This document shows positions 20,276 to 31,249 of a stretch of DNA of 64,000 bases, in pieces. Position numbers and translations under genes: made by a program. Every line of letters starts with the position of its first letter. Positions within the stretch are counted from its first letter, which is position 1. The notes beneath the pieces are model-generated. The model saw only the letters and a program-made list of their open reading frames with translations, was not told the DNA's origin and made no database searches. This stretch comes from Marsupella aquatica. Lineage: Eukaryota; Plantae; Marchantiophyta. The stretch is taken from NCBI GenBank assembly GCA_973895155.1, contig OZ316892.1, positions 16,978,357-17,042,356 of the forward strand, given 5' to 3'.

Positions 20276-22372
20276 TGTGGTGCGACCCATGGCTCCCTAA
20301 ACCCAAGAAACCCCCCAGCTCAAGCCGATTCCCGCAGGTTTCATGCTTGGCGAGGCCGTTTCCGCGGCTTAGCGGCATGGGACGCTGCTAACCTTCTACT
20401 ACTACTATTAACATTTTACACACATATACTGGACAGATCCTTCATCGGGTCATGAGATACGTAGCCGGCCTAATATAGGCCTTCCCCTGTCTTCCCCTGT
20501 CTTCCCCTCCGTCTTGTTAGGTATGTTTGGATTCCGCTGCCGGAATGATCCCCAATAGGCTTGGTTAAGCCGCTAAGACCTCTCTCAGCTCGACACATCC
20601 AACTCTCACTCCCCTGCTTACTTTCCTTCCTTCTGTTGATGTGGGCACTCTTCACACAAGTTAATGCGACACACAAATAGCAAAATGACTCATTCTGACT
20701 GAGTCATACCATGCACTTGCCATACAAACAGTACATCTCATACACAAGTTCTGCGAACTAAGCCGTGAGGCCAACTCTATTCAGCTCTTAGGCATGAGGA
20801 AACATGAATATACACAAGGGTCACTGTATGACTAACCGAGAGCTTCTCGTACTACTTGATCCCAGCCCGGCTGGTGCAAACTAAAAACTTGCTAAAGAAG
20901 AGGCCCTGAGCTCCCCGCTGCCCAGGTACTTATCCTGGTAGTGGATCCGCCATTCTTTGCATCGTAAGCCTAATCTACTTAACAGTAATCTACTTGCCCG
21001 AATCTACCTATGTACAGCAAGGCAGGAGCACAAGTGTTGCTCCTACCAGTGGGACCGCAATCCCACTAAGCTAAGTGTCAGGGCCGCTCCTGGTTCTGAT
21101 CCTAATCCTAAACGTGGAGATCCGCGCCCGCCCTGCCCACTCACGCCTCCTCCCTCCACGTCCGCCCTCCCTAAAAGGAACGGCGCCCTTGCACCGTCAC
21201 GACACCGGTGGTGGATCCTCAATGGACGCCCCCAACACTTCCTCCTCAGCCACTGCCGTTGGCCCGCCTACTGACAGATTACCTGCCCTTGACCGAGTCA
21301 ACTCTCCATCGGCCTGACTGGGTCCACCTTCGGCTTCAGCCATGGTAATCTTACAAAGGCCTCCAAGACGGATCCGGCCATGAAGCCTTGGTACTTCTTG
21401 GTCTGCATGGCCGTAAAGCATGCATCCTCCTCCCGTGCAAAATGTAGTTGCACCTCCACCGGTAGGGTTGCCGCCCAGCCCTTCCAGGTGTCATCCCTGG
21501 TTGGAATGGCCTTGATGGGATCGACCTCCTCCTCTTCGGCTTCTCCCTGCCTCCTGCTCTGCTGCTCGGCTGGCTTCTTTGGTGCCGCCGACCTCGTTCT
21601 TTTTGCCGGGGTGGCTTCATCGTTGACGGCTCCCTTCCTCTTCATCTCTGCTGCCGTGGAGGTTTCTCCTAGCACCGTTGCCTGGGTCCACCTTTCCGTG
21701 CTACCCTTTAATTCCCAGTGTATGTCGTTGCAGTTCTTGATGGCCTCTCGGATGCCGACGACGCTGTCTTTGCAAAACAGAAGATCGTCGAGTTGATTGG
21801 AAGTAGGCGTCCACAGGAACTCGTCCTTGATGAGTTCGCCTCCTAAGAAAGCCGTCTTCTGCAACTCCCACAATCGAGCGAGCTCCTGCCATTCTCGAGC
21901 TGCCCTTTCTGACTCCTCGTCCTCGTAAGTCTTGATGTACTCAGTTGCCCGTTCGAACAGGCATCCCCAGAAATGTGCCGCTTGATTGACGTTGCTCATA
22001 CCCTCCTTAGGTTGATCGTCGGTATCTACTCTCTCCCCGAGTGCTTGCCTAAGCAGCTGACAGTAGTTGGCCTCCTGTAGTCGTCTACCTAGTTCGTGCT
22101 CGCAAATGAGCCACCATCTCCTGCAAGCGCTCCTTACCCCTCTCCTCTGCCGGTCCTTCTTCCCGTTGATCCTTCCTAGCCGCCGACGCTTAACGCGCCC
22201 AAACCCTAATCGGGTTTTCACCCTCAGCCTTACCTCCGGCCTCTGCCCGGGTTCCATGGTTGCCCCTAATTGTTTATATTTTCCTTGTTTTGTCACTATA
22301 CTAAGGTGTTCCTAGGGTGCCTTCCTGCTTTACCCACTTAACCGGCCGAGTGATTCCTGTCTAGGCATCACA
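20276..22372 (-). repeat. gypsy 5' LTR (2097 bp)
   Basis: Near-identical to 11955-14051; followed by the TSD TAAAT. Confidence 0.95.
21298..22257 (-). CDS. LTR-encoded orphan protein, 5' LTR copy
   Basis: Same ORF as 12977-13936, with one R>W change (21891). Confidence 0.65.
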   Translation of the reverse strand: MEPGQRPEVRLRVKTRLGFGRVKRRRLGRINGKKDRQRRGVRSACRRWWLICEHELGRRLQEANYCQLLRQALGERVDTDDQPKEGMSNVNQAAHFWGCLFERATEYIKTYEDEESERAAREWQELARLWELQKTAFLGGELIKDEFLWTPTSNQLDDLLFCKDSVVGIREAIKNCNDIHWELKGSTERWTQATVLGETSTAAEMKRKGAVNDEATPAKRTRSAAPKKPAEQQSRRQGEAEEEEVDPIKAIPTRDDTWKGWAATLPVEVQLHFAREEDACFTAMQTKKYQGFMAGSVLEAFVRLPWLKPKVDPVRPMES

Positions 22373-22623
22373 TAAATGAATGGGCAAATCCAAAGGGAAA
22401 GAGAAGAGAAGAGAAAAGAAAAAGTACCTTGGGAAGTCAATTTGCAAATGAGGCATTGTGTACCCACATTGCCCCTTTTGCCCTCATGCCCCTCCTCCCC
22501 ACTGCCTTGTACGTACACCTACTGAAACCCTAGGAAGACCTTGAGGTGGCGGCTATTTTATCTGTTTTGGCTCTATTTTGGCACCCCCATAGGGAGAGCA
22601 ATCACGGATGCAAAACATGCACG

Positions 22624-22698
22624 GTTTCCACAGCAGGATTTGAACCTCGAACCTGCTGCTTGGGAGGCAGAAGCACTAACCAGTGAACCAAGAGGACT
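22624..22698 (-). other. tRNA-like (Pol III A/B-box) module in the transposon's subterminal region
   Basis: - strand reads TGGTTCACTGGTTAG (A-box-like), CTGC-CTCCCAA-GCAG (anticodon-like arm) and GGTTCAAATCC (B box). The acceptor stem is poor, so it is not a real tRNA. Confidence 0.55.
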
Positions 22699-23158
22699 CT
22701 TCAGAGCATAGCTACTATCAACTATAAATAAAGTCATCCGAAAGATAGCAATCCTAACCGGCCCAGGCGAGGCTCTTGTTGGACCTGCTATGGGCGGATG
22801 CCCGCACAGGTTTCTTCACCCGGTCGCCCAATAGTACTCCGGGCCACCTGTCCCTGCCCGACCTTCCCGAAAATTCAAATTTCAAAATTTTGGGCTTCCA
22901 CCAATCACATTGCTTGGATAGTTTTTTTCATTTTTTTCACTCATTTTTCACTATTTCAAGATCTGGTTTTTCCTGAGACGTAGATCTAGGAGAGACCTCC
23001 ATTTTGAGCCATAGATTGGCTCATTTGACGAACGGACGAAAATGATCAGGCTCCTGATCGGAGGGCTGCGGAAGGGCGCTCGTCCACGGACACCACAATC
23101 GCATTTTGGGAGTGACTACTCCGGGTCACCCGGAGTATTTTATACAGTGATTAGTGGT

Positions 23159-24168
23159 TTAAGGTGGAATAGGATCTAGCACACGGACAGAACACAAATG
23201 GAGTGGAACAAGTGCTGGAAGGATCTTTGGAGCTCGGACCTCTCCACCAGGGCTAAGACCTTTCTCTGGCGGATTATTGCGGGGGGACTCTTTACCGGGG
23301 CTAGGGCTCTATTGATTGGGGCCTATACAGGAGCTTGCAAGCTCTGCCCTGGGGTGTTGGAAAGCATACCGCATCTATTTGTGAATTGTCCACATGTTGT
23401 TGAGTGTTGGAAGATGTGTTGCGAATGCTGTTCAGGCTCTCTATTCAGGACTAATCAAAGTCTGCTGGAGCGTTTGGAGTGCGCTGTGGGCAAGGGAGTC
23501 ATACAGACTGTTAGGATGTTTGTGCTATATCAAGCTATGTGGTCGATGTGGCTGGGACGAAACAAACAGGTTTTCAATGCGTTGAACCGCAGGTCCTTTG
23601 ACATAAGGATGGTCCTTTCTGAGGTTTCTTCTCTTCTAGTGGGTGCGAGCATGGGCACTCCCTTGGGGCGAAAGCACACTAGGCTTTTAAGGGCTAAAGA
23701 AGTTATTGAGATTGAAAGACATAGGACATTGATTAGCGGTGCTGGCAGCGTTTCTTCTTTCACCTTAGCTTGATGTGCTTGGTAGACAGCTATAGGTGTG
23801 ATGCGCCCTGGACTGGGGCTTTAGGGTTTTTTTGCAGATATGCTGCTTGTGAGGGCTCTTAAAAGGTTGAGGTACTTTTTTGGTAGGAAATGGCTAGTTT
23901 GATGGTGGGTGGCCTCTGGCGGCGATGGCGGTGATGTGGTAGATGTTTTTTAGTCGGGTGGGGTGGATTCCCCTGACTTGATTGATTCCGGTGTTAGATT
24001 GCACTTGACGGGCACTTGGATGTGCTCTTGATGTTATTTGTGGGTTCTTGGCATTGGGTGTTGTATTGGCCTTTGGGGGGCTCCCCCGTGGCTTGTTGTG
24101 GTTGCCTGTGCCGTTGGCTTCCCCCCCACTGTGGGGTTTTCGCGGTGTTATTTATAAAACAAAGAAAA
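23159..24168 (+). mobile_element. L1-clade LINE 3' fragment (zf-RVT C-terminus 23198-23773, 3' UTR, A-rich tail)
   Basis: WKDLW..RAKTFLWR..CKLCPGVLESIPHLFVNC..MWSMWLGRNKQVF. GT-rich UTR, CCCCACTGTGGGG hairpin, then ATAAAACAAAGAAAA at 24154-24168. Confidence 0.85.
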
Positions 24169-27100
24169 TTCCCCAGGAAGTATGGTAGGGTTCAGGCATT
24201 TATACACACATTTTGTAATGGAACAAATAAATTATGAGAGTGACAAAACATGTCAAATAATAAGACAAAAGTTCAAACACTCTTTTACAACTCATGAGAG
24301 ATGGAAATATTCAACAATAATAAAGTCTGTAATACTCAATATAGTGCATAATTAATATGCCAACTAGCCCAACAACACAATACAAGTAAATTGCTCTCAT
24401 CTCTTACTTGTCTTCAAAGGAGAAACTATCTACAATAATAACAAAAAATTCAAAAACCAATTAGACCAAATGTGAATATAAAAAAAGGTTACATAAGCTT
24501 AGGTCACATCCCTCATCAATGAAATATATTTGAATATAAACAAAGGTGATTTTGAGTGTGCAACATCCTTGTACCTGAGATCAGTTAGTACGTTCAGTGA
24601 GATCTAAGATGGAGGCCCTACTCCATAGATATGTTGACTTGTCTCCTCCTTCCAATTTGTAGTGCGGTCCACTAATACTCGTGAATGAGAGGGTCTATCT
24701 CGAACAACAGTGTTCATTGCTTGATGGTCAGAACCTTCCAAACATGTCTCCTTATATTTTCGTTCCAATCCATAGCAGTACAACACAAATGAGCCTCATG
24801 TGTAGCTGAAAAATGGATAAATTTTGTGGCATACTTTCCTATTACCAAAGGGAAAGTCTCAGACATGAAATTTTCACGGGCCATGGTATAAAATCGCATT
24901 TTCTCTAGCCTTATGTACTTTGCCATAAAAACTTTCATGGCCTTATGAGTTTCTCCACCTACATTCTCCATAGATGAATTTGATTATTTTCTATCATGAT
25001 TACCACATTGATATACAAAATACAAACATTGAATGATTTGGAAACCTATATTAAATTTATAGGATAAAGTTTAAATTTTACCCATCTCATAGTACAAGTC
25101 CAACTGTGAAGCATTAGGTTCTCCAAGATGTTGACAAGGTCGGTCAGACAGAGTCATACACTTTTGATGATCATCGGCCCAATGATCAACACAATTTCCT
25201 AGCTCAAAAGCCAACAAATCACTATCCCCGCCCCTGCATTGCAAAGTAGTAAAAACATAAAATATATTAGAAATTCAACCCAACAAGTTAACATATATTT
25301 ATTTAATAAAAAAGCATATTACAAAAAAATTGTCCTTACTGCATGAATGTTGACATACCTATTTTTACATGTTTGACCACACACAGAGATCCAAGTTTTA
25401 AACTTGCTTGCCAAATTATGCTCCACCAACTCTGGAAACTTTAGACCACGAGTGGAAATATGCACTAGGTCCTCCTCAGGGAACCTACGCAAATCACCAA
25501 CTTGATTAACTAACTCCTGTTTCCTCCAATTAGAGTAGCCCCTCACACCACGATCCTTCAACCAGTCTTTCAACTTCTTATTTGTAACCACTTGCAAATC
25601 AGAACGAGATATTGCAGTATCTATGTCAACAATAAGAGTAAATGTGGCACTTGCCAACTTCTCCACAAATTTCTTCACTAGGTTTTTTGCTTTATGCCAT
25701 AACTCCTTTTGGTTTATGAATCCCATATCCTCAACAATTCTATCTACGGTACTCTTGTCATCATGAATGACCTCCTTAATTATCACCCGTGCCTCCATAA
25801 AAGTCTGTAGTACCTTTTGCGTTCTTTTGTCCTCCATATACCAAGAATTGCTCTCATCTTTTTTACTCACGGTGACCATGTCAAGAACTTTATTATCATA
25901 GCTGTCAATGATGGAGGAAGTACCATGATACCCACTCCGAGAAGAATCCCAACGACAATCCAAAAACACTACTAATCCAGGAGCTGCAAAAAAGCATGTA
26001 AGGGAAATATATTGTGGGGAAAAGCTAATTGTAGCACTAAATACCATCCAATTATAATAAAATGTATTTTTTTAATTTTAGTCTAAATTGCATAATGATG
26101 GTGACAAAATTTGTTGCACATAAGTCTCCAATTTTTTTAATCTTATTAATGACTGCAAATGGTAGTCTAGTTTATAGTACAAACCTTCTTCAACTGCACG
26201 TTGTTGTTGAAGTCAAATTTTGACATCCTCCCGTATCTTCTTTTTGTTTGCATCCCATTGTTGCTTCACAACATCTATCCATCCAGCTCAAGGTCATCGA
26301 CATCCACTTTGGAAATTATGCCAATGGGTTGGAGAAAGAACATGCAGACATAAATGCAATGTTATAGCAGCTAGAGTAGTAAATGTGAGACCAACACATA
26401 GGGTGGAATGATACAACATAGGGGTCACCAAAGGTGTGTTCCTCCCTGGCTCATTCTCTCCTGTTACACATGTCCATCCATGTCCATCTTGGCCATAACT
26501 GATTCTAATCTCGATTCTAATGGACCAAAGTTGTTGCAACTTTTTAATGCACTCCACTATTGGAGTCAATGAACATCCATCAATTCGGCAACGAGGATGT
26601 AGTCTCTCAACAAAAGTATGAATTAAGTGTCGATCAAAAAATGCTACTTTAGCCGGGTGATGAGGCAGTGACCTACGTGTAACTGGTGGGTCAGAGGTTG
26701 ATGGTATTGATTGTGAGTATGATGGTAAGGATGGTTGCAAGGCAGGTGATTGGGAATCCAGAACTACCACTTCCTAATTGCATAGAAACATTAATAATAA
26801 GTAACCTTCAACAAAATGCAAAGGTGTCATGTAAAATCACACTATCATTGGTGCAGAATTTAATAAATGAAATAATGCACCTCCTCAAGTATGGCAGCTC
26901 CCCCGATAGCTCCTAAAGCATAAATAACTGTTGTTTCTTCATCGCAGTAATTGGCTTCATCCTCTTCATTTGAGGGGTACTCTTCAACAATAAGCTCATG
27001 CAATTCCTCTTGCTCTTCCAAATTAACATCACTTGTTAGAGATTGTTGGCTCTGTAACAATTAATCAATGACATGTTTGCATCACAATATAGCTAGGTAT

Positions 27101-28743
27101 GGTCTTGGGAAAACTTTTTATGCAAAGTTTATATGTAGAACCACAAAGAAAAACAAATTATTCTAAGAAAGCATGACCACAATCTTACAAGTGAAAGTCA
27201 TCCACAAAAAAATCTTAGATAGGTCCCTTTCAAAACATAACAATTATTCATGAACATACCTCGGGTAAATTGGTATGTTGGCTATGATCCTTTGAAGGGC
27301 AATCACTCACAATGTCCATAAAGTTTGAGGAAGCTCCAATGTCTGTGTCTGATGCAAGTTCATCCTCTAGCATCTTAGCAAATTGCATCATTTCATAGTT
27401 CCTCAAATGGTCAATCCTATCATGCACTTGCTGAAACAACCATTCAATGACACTCGAGTGTGTAGTTTGTTCATCTCAGAGTAAGCATCTCAACTCCTCC
27501 CACTCATCCCACAAGTGAAGTGGTACTTGGATGGCAGGCCTAGCATTCGGTCTGAGAAGTCTCTTATAGTTTATGTTATCACTAGGGTATTTTTTTTTTG
27601 GAAGACCACCACCTTGCGGAGGACGTTTGCGATGGTCTGGCGGAAAATTAGGGGTTTCACCCCCCAAACTCATTGCAAGCCCAAAGAAACACTAAAAACT
27701 TGTTAGTTATAAGTAACAAAGATCAAATGACAAACTACTTTGGAACGTCAAGCTATGCGGCTCAGCCTCTACCTCACTATTCAGATAGTCATGGTGTGAA
27801 GAACAAAAGGCCCAAAAAGACTCTTTGGCTTACTAAAGACATTCTTTGGCTAATTGTGAACACTGTGAACTGGTAAGGGTTTGTGAGGGCTCTTCATAGA
27901 CATTGTGCATCATTTTCTTTTGCTGGTAGCCAAAGTTACGCTCACACTCTCTCGGCCCATAACTCTCCTTGTGGCTGTTCCACACTTGGCACACTAAATT
28001 TTGTGGCACACTCACTCGCACACTCAGTCTCCCCTCCTTCTTCCCCGTGGTTGTTCCCACTTTGTCACTTGCAATATTCGCCCTCAATTGTGGCCAACAT
28101 CGAGGCGGTAAATCTGCTTGTTGCGACAACGAAGCTTGGACTCCCAGCCCCATGACTACGTGGACGCTTTCCACTCTTGGCCCCATGACTGCGTGGTCGC
28201 TTTCCACTTGGAATCCTAAACTTGGCGCCCTCAATCCCTATATCCCCTCCATGAGACCGCCGACACTCGCTCTGGCTCCATGCCTCTATCACCCCCATGG
28301 GGCCCGCAGCCAACCGGCCAAAGACACCTGGTGCCCCCTGATCCTCTCCTCTTTGGGGGATTTGGGCCTATTTCTTTGACCCTCCATGGGGCCTGCAGCC
28401 AACCTTGCAGCCAACTCCCCATCCTCCCCTTTGCAGTCGTCACCACTTGGTGACATTAGTTCAAGGGCCAGGTGGAGGACAAAACTTCTATTCCGGTGCA
28501 AGGTTTGAGCTCTCGACCTCTCACTGCACAGCGAATGCCCAACCACTAGAACCATGACAGGCTCTTGAAAACAGTTTCGGTTCAATAATATATAAACACA
28601 TACGTACTACCCATATCGGGTAGGAATCCAGAATACCTGCCCAAAATTGACCCGGCATCTGCCCGATGTTCGGCCCGGCAATAAGTCTTCTTGTACATTG
28701 AGGACTACGGGTAACCCGTAGCCCTCTCAGTGGAAGTTGTGGT
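24169..28743 (-). mobile_element. Kolobok-like DNA transposon copy 2 (end at 28743 followed by TTAA; left boundary uncertain)
   Basis: CTACGGGTAACCCGTAG palindrome at 28705-28721, then ...GTTGTGGT|TTAA. Confidence 0.6.
24604..27673 (-). pseudogene. Kolobok-like transposase copy 2, decayed (frameshifts and stops), same exon layout as copy 1
   Basis: Collinear homologues of the copy 1 segments: MSLGGETP..WDEWEELR, AFFDRHLI..GENEPGR, FLDCRWDSSRSGYHG, IHDDK, GGETHKAM..RENFMSET, VLVDRTTNWK. Confidence 0.85.
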
Positions 28744-31088
28744 TTAACCATAACAAACAACATAAGAGCACAGGGAAACACTTGTAAACACTAGAGGGAA
28801 ACACTTGCAGGCAGGGGAAATTGTATTGAGTTGAGTGGCGATTTCCATTTACTAAGACTAGTGTGAGGACATTGGATGGCTAGGATCACACTCTAATTAG
28901 CAGCAGGCAACTTCTTTTCCGTCACAAACCCACTGGCTCACCCATCTCACAAGACCTCTACAAAGCAAAGGTAATTAATCCCAACTTTGCGGCTCAATAT
29001 AACAGAACCCTTCATTGTGAAAATTCCCAATAAAATTTGTCTATCTAACAGCTACACTGGAATTACTCGGCCCCAATACAGATGGAATGGAATCAATATT
29101 TCCAAACTAACCTCTGATGGCAAAATCTGCTTAAAAATATTCATATTGTAATGGTTTGGAAAAGCCAAAAACAAAAACACTGTGAAAAAAGTTGTAGGAT
29201 TATTTATTTACGGACCCCACTAGAGGTCCCCTCCAAAATTGGAGACTCCACAACATGCCACTTCATCATGACGCACTACAAATAGGTACGGATTGGTTTA
29301 CAAAATAAAATTACTTCATCATTCGTGTTTGTGGCAGGATTGTGATAAAATTGAGGACGCCATGCTGTAAACCTTGATGTAAAAATGTTTCAAAAATAAC
29401 CATTTTATTTACCCTGAGTAACCGACTGTTCAATTAGTAGTAGGCCCACCCTCCATTTTATTTACCCTGAGTAATCGATTGCCCACCCTCATTCTGAATT
29501 GTGGTTCAATTGAGTAAGTAAATCTCTCTCCTCAAGCTCTGCAACTTGAGCACTGATGACAAAGTAATCAATGACGGGATGGAGCGCCTCTGTAACTTGA
29601 AAATTGTCTGGACCGGTTGTTCTTCAAGAATAGAAAAGAAAGGAGAACAACGATGGTCTTTGTGTCGTGACAATTTTCTCGACCTTCTGCTGTCACTCGC
29701 TTTTTAAGAAGAAGGAAGAAGTGGACAGGATTCTCTGTAGGTTGACAATTCTCTCGACCTTGTGTCGCCCATCTATACAGACTAGCTATCTGTATAAAGA
29801 ATTTTATTTTTCAGAACACTATGAAGTATCATGCAAAAACATCAACGTACTAATCCCAATAAAGATATCTTCAACATCACACATTGTATAACACATTTAT
29901 CTATATCACACATTCTCCAACACATATCTCACTACTTTTCAATCTCAAATAGATAGGGGGTCCACGAACTAATTAAGCGTGTAAACTTAAGTTTCCCTCC
30001 CCCAAAGTTTCCGTATCGGGTGGTGGCAGCGGAGGAGGTGTAAGACAGGAGTTTAATTGCAGGTATTACATAGTATAAGGTAGTGCGATCGTAATCAATG
30101 AGAGAAAGAGGAGACCAAAAAAGAGTGAAAAAGAGGGGGGGGGACAGGGTTGAGGTTTAAGAGGGAAAAAATGAAAATGAAATAAACAAAAGAAATAATT
30201 CTCACTTTCTTGTACTTTGGTGGTGATGTCACCTCTCTTGTGCACCATAACATTTATTACTCAACTACATTTTGTACTTAATGAGATATTTTTAACAAAC
30301 AAAATCTTTTACTCAAAGATATCTTTTGTACCATGATATTTTTCTCAACTGCATCTTTAGCACAAAGTCAGCTATTACCCATTGACATCTTTTGCAGTGT
30401 GATATCTTTTTGAAAATTATATCTTTTACTTAATGATATCTTTTGAGCAACATCTTAAGTGTTTTTTTTCTGCGCATACAATTCTCTGCGTAAGATTCTC
30501 CGCATACAATTATGTGCATACATTTCTCCACAAACATATAGTATACTCTCTTTCTGCAACCCTTTTTAACTTCTTGTTAGACAATGCCTTAGTTTATACA
30601 TATTGTATCTACAACTAAAATAAGGGATCCGGCCTTTTTTCATCCAAATACAAAAACTTCTGGGTAGGAAAGATTTACAGTAGTTGGATTTGATTGAGTG
30701 TTTTTCCTGATCATTGATGGAGAAAATGCGCACCCCTTGACCATATGTGATTCCTGCTGCCCCATAAATGCCCTGACCCGACTCCCTATGGGTTGGCCCT
30801 CTTTGCGCCGTGCAACAACAGGCATAGGGCTTGTATACTATAGAAAATTAAAGAAAAACAATCTTCTTATCCTTTTATCCCTTTAAGGTACCCTTAATTC
30901 TCCTTCCTGGCCAAAGAATAAAAATGTCTCTTTTTTGTCTTTTTCATTTCTCCTCTCCTTTAAGATACCCTTAATACTCCATCCCCGCCCCCCCTCAAAG
31001 AAAAATAATAATCTAAAAAATTTCGCGATCTCTTCTAACTTTAATCGGACGGCTTCAAATCACAGTGTGCAGCTAGAGCGCGAGCCCT

Positions 31089-31096
31089 AACCCTAA
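31089..31096 (+). promoter_or_regulatory. telo-box-like element upstream of RPL5
   Basis: AACCCTAA about 160 bp upstream of the ATG, followed by pyrimidine-rich CTCTCTCTTTC (~31139); typical of plant ribosomal protein genes. Confidence 0.5.
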
Positions 31097-31249
31097 TGGT
31101 TTTGCCTCTGAAGTAAAGGTTTCCGAAACTCGACGTGCCTCTCTCTTTCGCGCTGCTGGGCCTCCTCCCAAGTGGAAGCAAGCAGTCGACGGGCGGACGA
31201 CGAATTAAGGAAGATCTTCCGGTGTATTGCTCTCCAACGCTTGGCAACG

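Larger units (their letters stand above)
11955..22372 (-). mobile_element. Full-length non-chromovirus Ty3/gypsy LTR retrotransposon (10418 bp) with 2097-bp ORF-bearing LTRs, TSD TAAAT
   Basis: TG...CA LTRs at 11955-14051 and 20276-22372. TAAAT at 11950-11954 and 22373-22377. Domain order gag-PR / RT-RH-IN; no chromodomain seen. Confidence 0.97.
1..23158 (-). mobile_element. Kolobok-like DNA transposon copy 1 (one end at 23158 followed by TTAA; other end not found, probably left of the window)
   Basis: Transposase plus convergent KolX-like ORF. The end signature (palindrome, then GTGGT|TTAA) is shared with copy 2 at a similar distance from the ATG (about 0.9 kb after removing the gypsy vs about 1.07 kb). 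Confidence 0.6.

Noticed and set aside
11955-22372. 2.1-kb direct repeat read as a segmental duplication or assembly artefact
   Set aside because: TG..CA ends, a 5-bp TSD, PBS and PPT define the repeats as true LTRs.
22624-22698. Functional tRNA-Gly(CCC) gene
   Set aside because: Acceptor and D stems do not pair well; kept only as a tRNA-like module.
23117-23162. Helitron 3' hairpin
   Set aside because: No CTRR terminus and no Rep/helicase; the linked enzyme is a DDE transposase and the junction is TTAA.
27833-28781. Several overlapping 70-136 aa ORFs
   Set aside because: They lie in the GC-rich, internally repetitive subterminal region of copy 2 and show no recognisable motifs.
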